From Eledone cirrhosa (Eukaryota), in contig OZ024749.1 in NCBI GenBank assembly GCA_964016885.1, positions 32,054,001-32,118,000 on the forward strand: a DNA stretch of 64,000 nucleotides, given 5' to 3'. A program made the position numbers and the translations under genes. Of the stretch, positions 1 through 15,516 are shown piece after piece (position 1 is the stretch's first letter; every line of letters starts with the position of its first letter). Below the pieces are notes generated by a model that was given only the letters and a program-made list of their open reading frames with translations, was not told the origin of the DNA and searched no databases.

Positions 1-20
1 TATATATATATTTGTATATA

Positions 21-59
<39 letters not shown>

Positions 60-72
60 CGGGTAAAATTCC

Positions 73-206
<134 letters not shown>

Positions 207-270
207 GAAAAATAATATATATAAGTATATACACATATATAAGTATATACACATATATAAGTATATATAT

Positions 271-610
271 GGAGGCACATGGCTTAGTGGTTAGAGCATT
301 GGCCTTGCAATCGAAAGGTTGAGTTCAATTCTCAGACCGGGTGATCTGTTGTTTCCTTGGGCAAGACACTTTATTTCACATTGCTCCAGTTTACTCAGCT
401 GTAGAAATGAGATGATAGGGACTGGGGTCCATATCATTCTACTGCAAAGTGGTCGTGGAGGTGCCACGGCAAAAAAAGCACCCAGCACTCACTGTAAATG
501 AGGTTGGTGTTAGGAAAGGCATCCAGCTGTAGAAATCAAGCCAGCATCAGTTCCCGTCCCACCCTTGCAAGCAGGGAAAAAGCGGACGTAAAATGAAATG
601 ATGATGATGA
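271..610 (+). mobile_element. tRNA-derived SINE (CORE-like centre, LINE-derived tail ending in (TGA)n)
   Basis: A-box TGGCTTAGTGG, B-box-like GAGTTCAATTC, CCTTGGGCAAGACACTT core-like motif, 3' end ...CGGACGTAAAATGAAATGATGATGATGA, flanked by (TA)n. Confidence 0.75.
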
Positions 611-630
611 AATGATATATATATATATAT

Positions 631-933
631 AATAGAAAACGAAAAATCAGTGATGCATCTGAACTCAATTTATTGTGTGTTACAATTGTTTCGCCGGCGG
701 ACAGCTCAAGATGTGATCGTTGTGTGGATCTGTATGATTCTGGACCCGCAGGTTCGACGCATATTCTCAGTGAGAGAATATGCTCCGAAATCATTAGACG
801 TGTCCGTCGAACCTGCGGGTCCAGAATCAGACAGATCCACACAATGATCACGTCTCCAGCTGTCTGCCGGCGAAACAATTGTAACACACAATAAATTGAG
901 TTCAGATGCATCACTGATTTTTCGTTTTCTATT
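631..933. mobile_element. Fold-back element made of PLE 3' terminus (arms ~631-759 / ~805-933)
   Basis: Near-perfect ~130-bp inverted repeat. Right arm ends GAAACAATTGTAACAC...AATAAA and is homologous to the hammerhead-bearing terminus at ~54225-54330. Confidence 0.8.
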
Positions 934-1358
934 CTATCATACTCTGCTCTGTAAGAGCATAGCATGTGTGTGTGTGTGTGTGTGTTTGATACATTGTTAA
1001 CTAGGGCCTACATTCAAAATGTCTTCGGTACGAAGGTTTATTAAGCTGGGTCGTATTATTTGGTGTAGTGTGTTTTTGACTACCTTAGACGTGTTGTATT
1101 TTGTTACTGGGTAGGGTTGTGTGATGAAAAATTGTATATAGGGAGGGGTGAGAAAGCTGCTTTTAGCAGTGGATTCCATTCCGACAAGCATTGTAAGGAT
1201 TTGAACTCAGAACGCCATAAGCCGTACCAGATACTGAAAGGATCCCTTCCGACTCTTCAACGATTCCGCCACTTAAGTGCAACCTTATTTATCAAAATCA
1301 AAGTTGACCTGGGACAGTACTTGAGCTCACTCAGTTGGACCAACTACGGAAATACATG

Positions 1359-1729
1359 CGAGGAGGGTCAGCTGAAAATTTCATAGGCTGACTGTAATGA
1401 ATGATGCTAGCGCTGTGAAATCTTGCATGCATTAATTTCAACTCTACTTATTAATAACTGCATTGTTTCTTTCTAAGGACTATGTTGCAAAATAAACCTC
1501 ATTTGGTCATTCCATGAGGCTATCTTGATCAGCCTATAAAGGAATGATGCTACAGCTGTGAAATCTTGCATACATTAATTTTAATTCTACTTATTAATAA
1601 CTGCAGTGTTTCTTTCTAAGGACTATGTTGAAAAATAAACCTCATTTTGTCATTCCATGAGATTATCTTGGTCAGCCTATGAATTTTCATCTGATATCTT
1701 CAGCCTATAAACTTTTCTGCCGGCCCTCG
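1359..1729. mobile_element. Tc1/mariner-type MITE with internal tandem duplication
   Basis: Imperfect TIRs CGAGG...CTGAAAATTTCATAGGCTGA / TCAGCCTATAAACTTTTC...CCTCG followed by TA. A ~145-bp internal segment is duplicated (~1398-1540, ~1541-1690). Second copy at 9132-9335. Confidence 0.7.
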
Positions 1730-2107
1730 TATAAATCTGACAATCATCTACTGACTATATTGATTCCAAAAGAAAATGATATACAAGTATATATCATGAG
1801 AAATTAAGACATTTTCAATAGTCTCAAGACGTCTTTCAGACTAAAAAGGAATTGATTCCACTGCTTTCTAGAATTTACCAATGCAATATATTTCCATTTC
1901 ACCTTTGATCTTGTCTTTATGTGTTAATCTAACCATTTTTTTATCTCACTTTTAGAGAATCCAGACGTAGCGAGGGGTCATGCTCTCCGAAGTATATCAA
2001 TAAATTTCTGGGTCGCTAAGATATATAGATTATCAATTATCATTTCTAGTGTATGTGCGTGTGTATGGTGCGAGTATGAACGTTTGAGTGTATGTATATA
2101 TATATAA

Positions 2108-2177
<70 letters not shown>

Positions 2178-2197
2178 GTATGTATATATATATATAA

Positions 2198-2271
<74 letters not shown>

Positions 2272-2493
2272 GCGATGAATTAGTTTTGCGAGGTTTTTTA
2301 TATGAAATCGTGTGTCGAAACAAATATTGTTATACTTGGGGAGGGTCATATTTGTGTAATATTGCCAGAATTAATAACAGTACACACTCATACATACACT
2401 CAGACGTTCATATATATAAGGGTGAAAGCAGCGATTCTTTGCTTAAACTTTAATCTGTTATTTTAATAAATATATATATATATATAACAATGT

Positions 2494-2740
2494 AACAACT
2501 TTAGCAGAAAAAGCTTGGACGCTCAGGGATAGCGATCAAAAGTTTACCCTAAAATGGGAGAAATTAGCTAAAACCCAAAGCTTTTCCAGGAGCCAAAATT
2601 TCTGCAAATTGTGTAATCTTGAGATTTATTACATAATCACACACAAGAAGAAACTGCTGAATAACGGAATTGAACGAACATTATTCTGCCGTCACAGAAC
2701 TAAAACCCTTTTTTCCCACTACAAGCCGAATATTACATAA
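2494..2740 (+). pseudogene. Fragment of PLE GIY-YIG endonuclease C-terminus
   Basis: Translates to TTLAEKAWTLRDSDQKFTLKWEKLAKTQSFSRSQNFCKLCNLEIYYIITHKKKLLNNGIERTLFCRHR. The W...CxLC..E...LN...E....CRH tail is typical of a PLE endonuclease subgroup. 5'-truncated at (TA)n. Confidence 0.7.
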
Positions 2741-3049
2741 AAGAGGGACATCCCCCAACTATATAAACCTTAATCTAGTTAGAAAAATATAAAAACAATC
2801 TCTTCTCAACATATATTAATAACCTTAAATTACCACACTAATAATGGAAAGATATGCCGATGAGAATAGGTGCAAATATGCGATAATGAATGTGTCTAAA
2901 AACGTCCATAAGTATGTATATATATGTGAAAATGTATATAAATAAGTAAATATATATATATGTTTGATGTGTATAGTTAGATGTAAGTGTATTCATGTAT
3001 TAAAGTGCTTATATATATATATGTATATATGTGTGTATATGTGTGTGTG

Positions 3050-3130
<81 letters not shown>

Positions 3131-4001
3131 GTGTATATGTATGTATGTGTATGTATATATGTGTATATAGATGTGTATGTATGTGTATGTGTGTACACAT
3201 GGACTAGAGTAAGTATGTATATATGTGTGTGTCTATACGTGTGTATATAAAGATAAGTTGAGTATGAAAATGTATACACATGAGCGCGTAAGTATGTACA
3301 TGAATACATGTGTGTATATATATGTGTATGCATGTGTATATATATGTAAGTATGAATATGTGAATTGTGAGTATATGTATTTTGTAGAGGTGTGCAAATA
3401 TATTTGTGTGTGAATGCGTGGGTGAAAGAATACGTACACTTGAAAGAAAAATTTAAGTCTGAATGTTAATTAAGTGCAAACACAAAACCAACCACGCATA
3501 TCTTTACTATCTCTAATCCTTCTATAGATTTAGAAAAATAACCAATAATATATTCTATAAAAAATGTCAAAACAACAGATGGGAATCTAATTAATCACTG
3601 CCACCAAGAATTCTCACTGCTATCGAAAAACCACTCCTTCAACTATTCTTCTAACAACTTCACCCCTCCCTCCTAATATTCTCTATAAAAACTAAATAGG
3701 TCCTCAGTAATATTATTCTGATGAAATGACAGTAAATAATAACATTGAAATATTGAATGTCTGCATAACTAAAAGTTTGTAGATAGCAGTTGTTTTAGGT
3801 TATGTAACTGTTATAGAAACACGTGTCAATAAATTCCTTTCAACTAAACTGTATCCATTCAAATCTTTCTATTTTTCTCCGGATTACTTTTGGAACTACA
3901 ACTGGAACCGTCGAGCAAACTCTACGTGAGCTGATAATCTACTGTGTGTAATATTTATATTACAACACAACGGAAAATACTGTATATATATATATATATA
4001 T

Positions 4002-4204
4002 ATAACGAAGGAAATGTGGTAAGGAACCAGGTGGACCATAACGCACCAAAGTACTCAATACTTAGGGTAGTAGAGTGGGTAATAGGGACAAGTAAGACCC
4101 CGACGGCTGAGCTCAAGCCATTTCGACGGCTAATTCTGGACTGAATTCAGTCCAGAATTAGCCGTCGAAACGGCTTGAGCTCAGCCATCGGGGTCTTACT
4201 TGTT

Positions 4205-4209
<5 letters not shown>
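4002..4209. mobile_element. Fold-back PLE terminus (palindrome 4083-4209 centred on CTGAATTCAG, plus one-sided tail 4002-4082)
   Basis: Arms carry GAAACGGCTTGAGCTCAGCC(A/G)TCGGGG, the 3' half of the hammerhead seen intact at 14601-14692. Related copies at ~11678-11830, 16825-16870, 48422-48630, 48857-48985. Confidence 0.85.
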
Positions 4210-4246
<37 letters not shown>

Positions 4247-4664
4247 CATACACTCAGACGTTCATATATATATATATTGAATTAGATGATTTCGCCTTAT
4301 TTTTGACTATATGAAACACTGTCATCCTTACGTGGTTGATATAAAATAAAATACCAGTAACGCACTGGAGTCGATTTAATCGACTTTTCCCTCCCCTTCA
4401 AATTGTTGGCCTTGTGCCTAAATTAGAAATTGTGCCTAAATTAGAAACAATTATCATTATATGTATGCATGTATGAGCATGCATGTATGTGTGTATATAT
4501 ATATATTTATTTTCTTTATCATTATATGTTTGTATGTATGAACATGCATGTATGCATATATATATATAATAATAATGAAATTATTGTGTACAGTGCTCAG
4601 GTGCACTACAATATATATTATATATATATATATGTATGTATGTATGTATGACTATATATATAGA

Positions 4665-5031
4665 GGAGGAAAACTCTGATATAACACCTGCAACTTTGAT
4701 GATATCCAATGATGTTGACTTGTTCTTCTTTTTGGTAAATATCATCTTGGTTAAGAGAGTGGGACTGGCTTTGTGCAGTGCCTTTGCTCACTATAAAAGC
4801 TTCACGGCACAGGCATTGCTTTGTATCTGGAGATCTCTCTGCACTTGTCGTCACATGGTACCATGGGTCCAGCACTATGTGTCAATAATTGTTACAAGTG
4901 TAGTGTTTGTACCAGAGTTTTCAAGTCGCTGGCTGGACTAAAAAGTCACACTCGTTCAGCGCATCGGTAGGGGTTCTCCTACATGGATATAAAGTAGTGG
5001 CCGTACTCGAAAACGAGTTGGCAGCCACCAT
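4665..5031 (+). mobile_element. Non-autonomous RTE-derived element, 5'-truncated copy
   Basis: Near-identical to the 3' part of 19091-19686. Ends CTCGAAAACGAGTTGGCAGCCACCATATA. Confidence 0.8.
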
Positions 5032-5069
5032 ATATATATATACACACAGACATGTATATAAATATATAC

Positions 5070-5118
<49 letters not shown>

Positions 5119-5120
5119 TG

Positions 5121-5188
<68 letters not shown>

Positions 5189-5646
5189 TTAACTGAAATT
5201 GAATCCTGAAAATGTGCTATTTAGCTTCATAATGTTTTCGTTTATATTTTTTTCTTTTTAGTTGATTATATTCCCCTTATTTTCCAGATTCTTCTTGTTT
5301 TTCGTTTATAATTCTCTAAGATTTAACATTTCCAATATGGCGGTTGATGTCAGGTTTATATTTACTAATCAGTCAATGAATTGGATTTTGTTTCTAAAAA
5401 CGTTATTGTTTTTTGTTTTTTTTGTAGATTGCCTTCTCTTACTTCTCTCTGTAAGCTTAGCGAAATCCATTATATATTTGCAATAAATACAGCCTTCATG
5501 TAGAAACTTGTAGACTTCTTACAGCTTGCAATTCCATATAAGAGATTGTGTTATCAACAAATAGCCTTCACAGTAAAATTTGTTCTTAAATTATGTAATA
5601 TAATATACGTTTTAATAACACAGTCGTGTTATTAATATTCATACAT

Positions 5647-5755
<109 letters not shown>

Positions 5756-5895
5756 CAGCTAGTATGAGAGAGGTTGGTGAACTCTTAATTCAAACAAGAT
5801 AGCTTGAGTCACGAAATTTAAAACTTTCGTGAACTTTGATGTTTATACATATATATATGGGTATCTATATATATATGTGTGTGTTTATATATATG

Positions 5896-6054
<159 letters not shown>

Positions 6055-6071
6055 GTGTGTGTATGTATATG

Positions 6072-6132
<61 letters not shown>

Positions 6133-6145
6133 TTATTATTTTTAC

Positions 6146-6189
<44 letters not shown>

Positions 6190-6362
6190 GTATTTATATA
6201 ACCAATATATATAAATATATATTTTGTGTATGCGTGCGTGTTGGTGTGTGTGCATGCCTGTGTTTTTAAATCACATTAAACCATTTGAAATGCATTTCGT
6301 TGCTTGCAGGCATCTTTATGGTTTATTGCATATGAGAAGACAATTTATTTTTTCTACATATT

Positions 6363-6440
<78 letters not shown>

Positions 6441-6701
6441 TAGTAAATAATCATATATTAATTTCATTGGAAAATACAATAGGTTGTAAATGAATATGAA
6501 ATATGTTTTTCAGGATTTTTTAAAGAGTTGAAATCACAAAACCTTTGCAGCCCAACATTTTCAGGAACAATTTACTAGCAATATTAATGTCGCTTTATAA
6601 TTATGTTTTGGGAAAGTTATAATTCTGATAGGGCAATTATTTCGATAACGATTTATTTTTTCACTTTTCTGTAATATATTTATGTAAATATATATCTATA
6701 G

Positions 6702-6763
<62 letters not shown>

Positions 6764-6990
6764 GAGAGCTATATACATATATATATATATATATTCTAAT
6801 GTATATTTTGCATCATGCATCTCTAAATATATTTTATGTACAGTTTGCTTTATTATTGAATTCTTCCATGGGTCTCGGGTCATTTATTGACTTAAATGTC
6901 TTCCTGTTTTATTGTTCGATTTGGTCAACTAAGTTATTTCAATATCCCATTAACTATTTTATTTATTTATGTATTTATTAGTATCTAAAC

Positions 6991-7348
6991 CAAGGGTTCC
7001 TAAACTTTTTGCACCATCGCACACTTTCACATAGAAAATTTACCAAATACTTTTCGTATGGTTTTGAATATTTACTTTATAGTTAATATTCAAAACCATA
7101 CGAAAAGTATTTGGTAAATGTTTGTTAACATTTCGTTAAGGTGGGTTTTTTAATACATATTTTTGTATAACTACTTCGAATAATTTTTTTAGGATGTTGT
7201 CTGTAGAAATACATTCTTGTTACTCAAAATCCTATATCGTCCACCAAAATTTCCAAACACACACAATTTTCTGTTTAGTTGTTCAGCGCTCAGCCAGGAA
7301 TTGAAATTACCCATAAGTGGGCGATATCACCCAAGTTAAGAAACCTTC
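6991..7348. mobile_element. hAT-type MITE
   Basis: Imperfect TIRs CAAGGGTTCCTAAACTT / AAGTTAAGAAACCTTC. 8-bp TSD ATCTAAAC / ATCTAAAT. Internal palindrome ~7036-7122. Confidence 0.65.
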
Positions 7349-7678
7349 ATCTAAATTATTCTCTTCATGACGATTTTATAAGCGAAGTTTTATTCCTGTA
7401 GAGATATTCAACGTCTCCACCTATATACTCTCATTTATTAATACAAATGCTGAGCAAAGGAAAAAGCGAAAAAATGTCATACTGATAATGAAATGAACCT
7501 TGGAAATAATTATATCGTCATGATATATTTCGGGGGGAAAAATCACTCCTCTCAGCACAATCAAAAGCATATCTGGTGCTACTTAAATCAAGCAGATATA
7601 TATTTATATATAAATATACACGCATACACACATACACGCACATACATACACACATACATATATGTATATATATATATA

Positions 7679-7727
<49 letters not shown>

Positions 7728-7816
7728 TATATTTGTATGTATATATTCATATAATGTTCATGCTGAGCAACGTCAGTAACGAACAAAGAGGGGGATAATA
7801 TTATGCTACTCCCTAC

Positions 7817-7853
<37 letters not shown>

Positions 7854-8081
7854 AGAGGAGGAGGAGAGGGAGGGGGGGTAGGAGAAGGAGGAGGAGGAGG
7901 AGGAGAAGGAGGAGGAGGATGAGGAGGAAATTTGTTGTGAGGCGAAACAAACTATGTCAATCAGTAGCCAACAAATATTTCTATTTCCATCTTCGATCTA
8001 TTGATTGTGTTCGATACACATTAAGAGAAAATGTATTGAGGTTCCCCGCTACCATCCACATTGAAATAGATTTGCGATAGA

Positions 8082-8146
<65 letters not shown>

Positions 8147-8213
8147 AACTACATATATATACATTGATACTTACATATACACACTCGAAAACACATACGC
8201 ACACATACATACG

Positions 8214-8251
<38 letters not shown>

Positions 8252-8261
8252 CCTACGTATG

Positions 8262-8294
<33 letters not shown>

Positions 8295-8309
8295 ATATAT
8301 ATACATATG

Positions 8310-8409
<100 letters not shown>

Positions 8410-8707
8410 CTACAGCACTAACCACGCTCCAACTCTCACGATCCTCCTCAGAGAAAATCGTGAGATTTAGAACCTCTCTACCACCACAATGCCGTAGGGT
8501 GTGTTTTATAAACAAATACATTGTACTCTACATTCTAATATATTGAGCACGTTATTTACTACCATAAACATTTCATTAGAACCTAATTTATGTCTACTTG
8601 TGTGTTTGTGTGTGTGTGTGTGTTTGCCCGTGCATCTTTGTGTGTTTGTGCATATGCATGTGTGTGGTTACGAGCGTGTGCATGTGTGTGTAGATATGCG
8701 TGTATAA

Positions 8708-9113
8708 GATGACCCCTTAGCCTTTGTCAAGGCAGAATTCTAGGAGAAGGAAAACTCTGATATAACACCAGCAACTCTGATGGTATCCAATGATGTTGAC
8801 TTGTTCTTCTTTTTGGTAAATATCATCTTAGTTAAGAGAGTGGGACTGGCTTTGTGCAGTGCCTTTGCTCACTATAAAAGCTTCACGGCACAGGCATTGC
8901 TTTATATCTGGAGATCTCTCTGCACTTGTCGTCACATGGTACCAAAGGCAAAGCACTATGTGTCGATAATTGTCACAAGTGTAGTGTTTGTACCTGAGTT
9001 TTCAAGTCGCTGGCTGGACTAAAAAGTCACACTTGTTCAGCGCATCGGTAGGGGTTCTCCTACATGGATATAAAGTAGTGGCCGTACTCGAAAACGAGTT
9101 GGCAGCCACCATA
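8708..9113 (+). mobile_element. Non-autonomous RTE-derived element, 5'-truncated copy
   Basis: Same sequence as 19285-19686. Confidence 0.8.
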
Positions 9114-9131
9114 TCTACATATATGTAAATA

Positions 9132-9335
9132 CGAGAGTTGGCTGAAAGGCTCATAAGCTGACCAAGATACTCTCATAGAATGAACAAATGAGGTTTATTT
9201 TTCAACATTGTCCCTGGAAAGACTCAATGCAGTTATTAATAAGAAAAGTTGAAATTAGTGATTGCAAGATTTCACAGCTCTAGCATCCCGTCCCGCCTTT
9301 GTAGTCTGCCTATGAATTTTTGCAGTTGAGACTCG
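9132..9335. mobile_element. Tc1/mariner-type MITE (opposite orientation to 1359-1729)
   Basis: TA-CGAGAGTTGGCTGAAAGGCTCATAAGCTGA ... TCTGCCTATGAATTTTTGCAG...CTCG. Interior is the reverse complement of the 1.4-kb copy. Confidence 0.65.
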
Positions 9336-9682
9336 TGTATATGTGTATATGTGTATAGATGGTTAAAGGACTCAATGTTTCATTGTTATAAATATGAAGG
9401 AAAAAGAGATTGTTATTTAACGTCTAGCAACATTTATTGGGTCAAATATAAAATAACTGAACAAGCCGTCTGTGTGTAATAATAGATTTAATGGAACATA
9501 ACTGACCAACCCGTCTGATTCCGTAAGTTACGAACTGTTGAGTTCGTGGACAGCATAGGTTAGGTGTGGACATATTTACTCTCAAGTTAACCTAACATAT
9601 ATATATATATATATATAAATAAATATATATATATATGTATATATATATTTAAAAGAATAGAGGTGTAACACACGAGTTGTGA

Positions 9683-10198
<516 letters not shown>

Positions 10199-10507
10199 TA
10201 TTGAGTAAAATGACTGGAGGCCGGACTGGTGAAATTCATTCAAAGATTTATTATACCAAACACCAAGTACATTTCAGTGGCCAGGATCCTTGGTGACATC
10301 ATCAGGTGTTTATTGCATGATAGTTATATAATAAAGGAATAATGGTGAAAATAATAATGGTAAACACGATCAAAGAGGCTATAAAAAAACAGAGAAAAAT
10401 GTTTTTGAGTCGAGGCGATCTAGAGACCCAGTTGTTGCCAGTTATATATATATATGTGTATATATATATATATGTGTGTATATATATATATATTTATATA
10501 TATATAT

Positions 10508-10540
<33 letters not shown>

Positions 10541-10550
10541 ATATATATAT

Positions 10551-10596
<46 letters not shown>

Positions 10597-10644
10597 ATAT
10601 ATATATATATGTGTGTGTATATATATATATTTATATATATATAT

Positions 10645-10729
<85 letters not shown>

Positions 10730-10927
10730 TATATCCTGGGTTCAATCGGGGTAACCACAGTAAGTAAGGTAATCAATAACATAGCAGAGTATAAGATTAT
10801 AAATATTTAATATAGAAATGGCTTTTACAGGACAAGAACTGTTTCATTCGGGAGAAATCATCAGGTCTTCCTGGTGATTTCTCCCGAATGAAACAATTCT
10901 AGTTCTGTAGAAGCCATTTCCATATTG
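10730..10927. mobile_element. Fold-back PLE terminus with hammerhead motif
   Basis: Palindrome 10809-10927 plus left tail. Right arm CTTC-CTGGTGA-TTTC..GAAT-GAAA-CA..CTG-TA-GAAG (10867-10913). Left arm has canonical CTGATGA on the minus strand. Confidence 0.8.
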
Positions 10928-10928
10928 A

Positions 10929-11060
<132 letters not shown>

Positions 11061-11139
11061 GGATAGAAAGACAACGGGTGAGAGTGAGAGAGAGAGAATG
11101 GGAGAGGAAGAGAGGCAAGGGAGAGAATCTAATACTTAC

Positions 11140-11344
11140 TAGATTTCTTTGGGAAGATATTCTGAGTCTGCTCAAGCTGGGGCGTGCCGTCTCGCTTCGA
11201 TCGATCCCGCCATATGCAGAGTGCCACAATACGATAAGCTGTGTATTTGCTGCACGGATCGATACGGTTAGCGCTTGTTAATATCCAACACAGCACAAAG
11301 ACCGCTACTGACGTCCACCAAAAGCGGAATAATGTGAATGCCAT
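11140..11344 (-). CDS. Coding exon of a secreted prepropeptide, probably insulin/relaxin superfamily (signal peptide + B chain + start of C peptide)
   Basis: Strong acceptor (pyrimidine tract + TAG) immediately before ATG. 205-nt exon ending at a GTAAGT donor in phase 1. Protein [59 protein letters not shown]...: hydrophobic signal, C-x11-C, RxKR convertase site. Confidence 0.65.
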
Positions 11345-11377
11345 CTACAGACAAAACAGAGAAGAAATACGAATAAG

Positions 11378-11444
<67 letters not shown>

Positions 11445-11483
11445 TAAATATATATATAAATATATATATAAATATATATATAA

Positions 11484-11573
<90 letters not shown>

Positions 11574-11574
11574 G

Positions 11575-11677
<103 letters not shown>

Positions 11678-11845
11678 AAGGAATTGTGGTAAGGAACCAT
11701 ATGGACCATAACGCACCAGAGTACTCAATACTTAGGGTAGTAGAGTGGGAAATAGAAAAAAGTTTAGACGGCTATTTCTGTCCAGAAATAGCCGTCGAAA
11801 CGGCTTGAGCTCTGCCGTTGGGGTCATACTTTTCATATATATATG

Positions 11846-11959
<114 letters not shown>

Positions 11960-12276
11960 TGTGTGTGTGTGTGTGTATGTGTGTGTTAAGGATGAAAACA
12001 GCGATTCTTTGCTTAAACTTTAATCTGTTATTTTAATAAATATTTGCTCATATTGCCACCGACGTATGCGAGAAAGTTCTCCATGATAGTTAACCAGGTA
12101 TCTCTAAAGTTCTTCCCACCGAAGTTACCAAAGAACTTACTAGATCAACCAACTCATAATATTATATTATAAAATTAAATCAAATTGTTTAGAACTACAA
12201 GTGAAGTCATTCTTTTCCTTTTTCCAAATATACCTAACTGTACCAAGGTTTTCACACATTTTCCAATATATATATA

Positions 12277-12359
<83 letters not shown>

Positions 12360-12364
<5 letters not shown>

Positions 12365-12554
12365 TGAGATTCTACAGGACTAGAACTGTTTCATTCTTTA
12401 GAAATCATCAGGAATCATCATGAGATTCCTGGTGATTTCTAAAGAATGAAACAGTTCTAGTCCTGTAGAATCTCATCTATATTAAAACTGTTATACTCTG
12501 CAATGTATTGAGTACCTTACTTACTGTGTTACCTCCGATTCAACCCGGAATAAC

Positions 12555-12555
<1 letters not shown>
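12360..12555. mobile_element. Fold-back PLE terminus with two hammerhead copies
   Basis: Palindrome 12360-12482 plus right tail homologous (inverted) to 10730-10808. Inserted in (TA)n. Confidence 0.85.
12368..12416 (-). ncRNA. Type I hammerhead ribozyme motif (canonical core)
   Basis: Minus strand GATTC-CTGATGA-TTTCTAAAGAAT-GAAA-CAG(TTCTAGTC)CTG-TA-GAATC: stems I-III and GUA cleavage triplet. The plus-strand twin at 12421-12475 has CTGGTGA. Confidence 0.75.
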
Positions 12556-12593
<38 letters not shown>

Positions 12594-12596
12594 TAT

Positions 12597-12638
<42 letters not shown>

Positions 12639-12669
12639 GTGTGTGTGTGTATATATATATATGTATATA

Positions 12670-12706
<37 letters not shown>

Positions 12707-12739
12707 GTGTATATATATATACATATACATATATATATA

Positions 12740-12857
<118 letters not shown>

Positions 12858-12969
12858 CAAGCAAATTATAAACGTAAACATGTAAGTATGTTTTTTTTAA
12901 ACGGTGCGCGAGGTTTGAAATTAGAAAATAGAAATTATGAGCTTTCACCGTATTTTAGACTAAAGAAAT

Positions 12970-13875
<906 letters not shown>

Positions 13876-14056
13876 GTAGAGGTTATATTTAATTTGTTGG
13901 GATACAACAAGCAAAATATTTTTATAACTGATATAAAGCACTCAACAAATTATTGGAGTAAATACAATATATTAACAAATGGAAACTATATAACCGTGAA
14001 GGTTGCATTTTTAAGCGTATGTCAATATTTATTTATAAAACTAATCTATATTATGT

Positions 14057-14116
14057 TTTATCTGATGAAAGCGCACCATAATCTGCCTTGTTGGCCCTTG
14101 AAATATCTATAATGAA
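14057..14116 (+). ncRNA. Type I hammerhead motif in PLE terminus (fold-back ~13967-14157)
   Basis: TTTAT-CTGATGA-AAG...CTT-GAAA-TATCTA-TA-ATGAA followed by AATAAA. Family relatives at 29770-29822 and tail at 18823-18960. Confidence 0.6.
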
Positions 14117-14150
14117 ATAAATATGGTTTTATAAATATAGGTTCCATTTG

Positions 14151-14197
<47 letters not shown>

Positions 14198-14600
14198 CAC
14201 CTAGTTTATTTACTTATTTCGTTATTTCTTTATTTCTTTCTTTCTTTATTTATTTATTTATCTAGCCTAACAATAGCTAGAGACTTAGGTCGTAGAACTT
14301 GCTTTTATACTCTTTTTTCTTTACACTTATTTGCTTTTCTTCACTCTCAGTATTTTTTCTCCTATATATTTCTACCCCCCATTGTTCTACCTACCGTTTC
14401 GACTTCCCCCCCCCCCCTCCCCAGTATCTTCTTTGACCTCATGCCCAGCTGTAGATGGCACTACCAACGCATGATTGGGTCTACTCCACCCCCTCCCCTT
14501 TTTCTCCTACTGGCAAGTTTAGCCACCATCTCCCCTACTAATTTGCAATCACAGAATTACTACTGACTTTTGACAATCACTTTGACCATATATGGAATTA

Positions 14601-14692
14601 CCCCTTGAGAAGCTCGGCTATTTAAATACCAGGATAAATTTTCATTTAGTCCAGAATTAGCCGTCGAAACGGCTTGAGCTCAGCCGTCGGGG
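14601..14692 (+). ncRNA. Type I hammerhead ribozyme motif, U3-A8 core variant with long stem II
   Basis: CCCC-TTGAGAA-G..CGGCTA...TAGCCGTC-GAAA-CGGCT(TGAGCTC)AGCCG-TC-GGGG: stem I CCCC/GGGG, 5-bp stem III, GUC cleavage triplet. Confidence 0.7.
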
Positions 14693-14703
14693 TCTTACTG
14701 GTT

Positions 14704-14745
<42 letters not shown>

Positions 14746-14984
14746 GCGGTTATGTATTCAGGGATAATTTAAAATCTTTAGCGTATTTTTTTACTATGAA
14801 AAATAGTTTAAAAAATGAAGAAAGAAAGTTGGAATCGGGAGAGTGACAGTCTCTACACCTAGATCAGAGCGGTGTTTCGGCTGTGCTCCGCAAAGTAAAT
14901 GTCAAAGGCATTTCCGCTGACAATGGCAACACACGCTGCAACCGTCACGCCACCTCGCTCTTCCTCTCCTATTCGCCAAACAAT

Positions 14985-15235
14985 TTCTGAAGAGGTCACA
15001 GAATGTGTGACGAAAGAACTTTGACAATATATGAACTATCATCTGGTTGTGGAACCAACCAACCAACCGGAAATTTATAAATTCCTAGATTTATAAATTT
15101 AATTCATAATAAATTGAAGTGAAAGTAACTGGTGCGTGTGTTTCTTATTGGCAACATGACCCTCCCAAAATATAACAATATCGGTTTCATCACACGTTTT
15201 CAGATAAAGAATCTTACTAAACAAATTCAGAAACG
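14985..15235 (+). mobile_element. Solo PLE 3' terminus/pseudo-LTR with hammerhead
   Basis: Near-identical to 43785-44035 and to the reverse complement of 51512-51710. CTGAAGA-G-GTCACA..TGTGAC-GAAAGAACTT. Confidence 0.8.
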
Positions 15236-15385
15236 AAATTTGGTTATAAATTGTCCTTGAATGGAAATTAATTGAAGCTTCTAAATTTTCAATAAATATG
15301 TATATTTTACTTTTTATATGAAGGTTTATATTTTATATTTCAAAATATAGAATGATAACACCTATGTAGTGTATGGGCGTATGTG

Positions 15386-15516
<131 letters not shown>

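Noticed and set aside
4636-4941. Repeated ~80-100 aa ORF (MVSNDVDLFFFLV...) found four times
   Set aside because: Part of the non-autonomous RTE-derived repeat, not a gene family.
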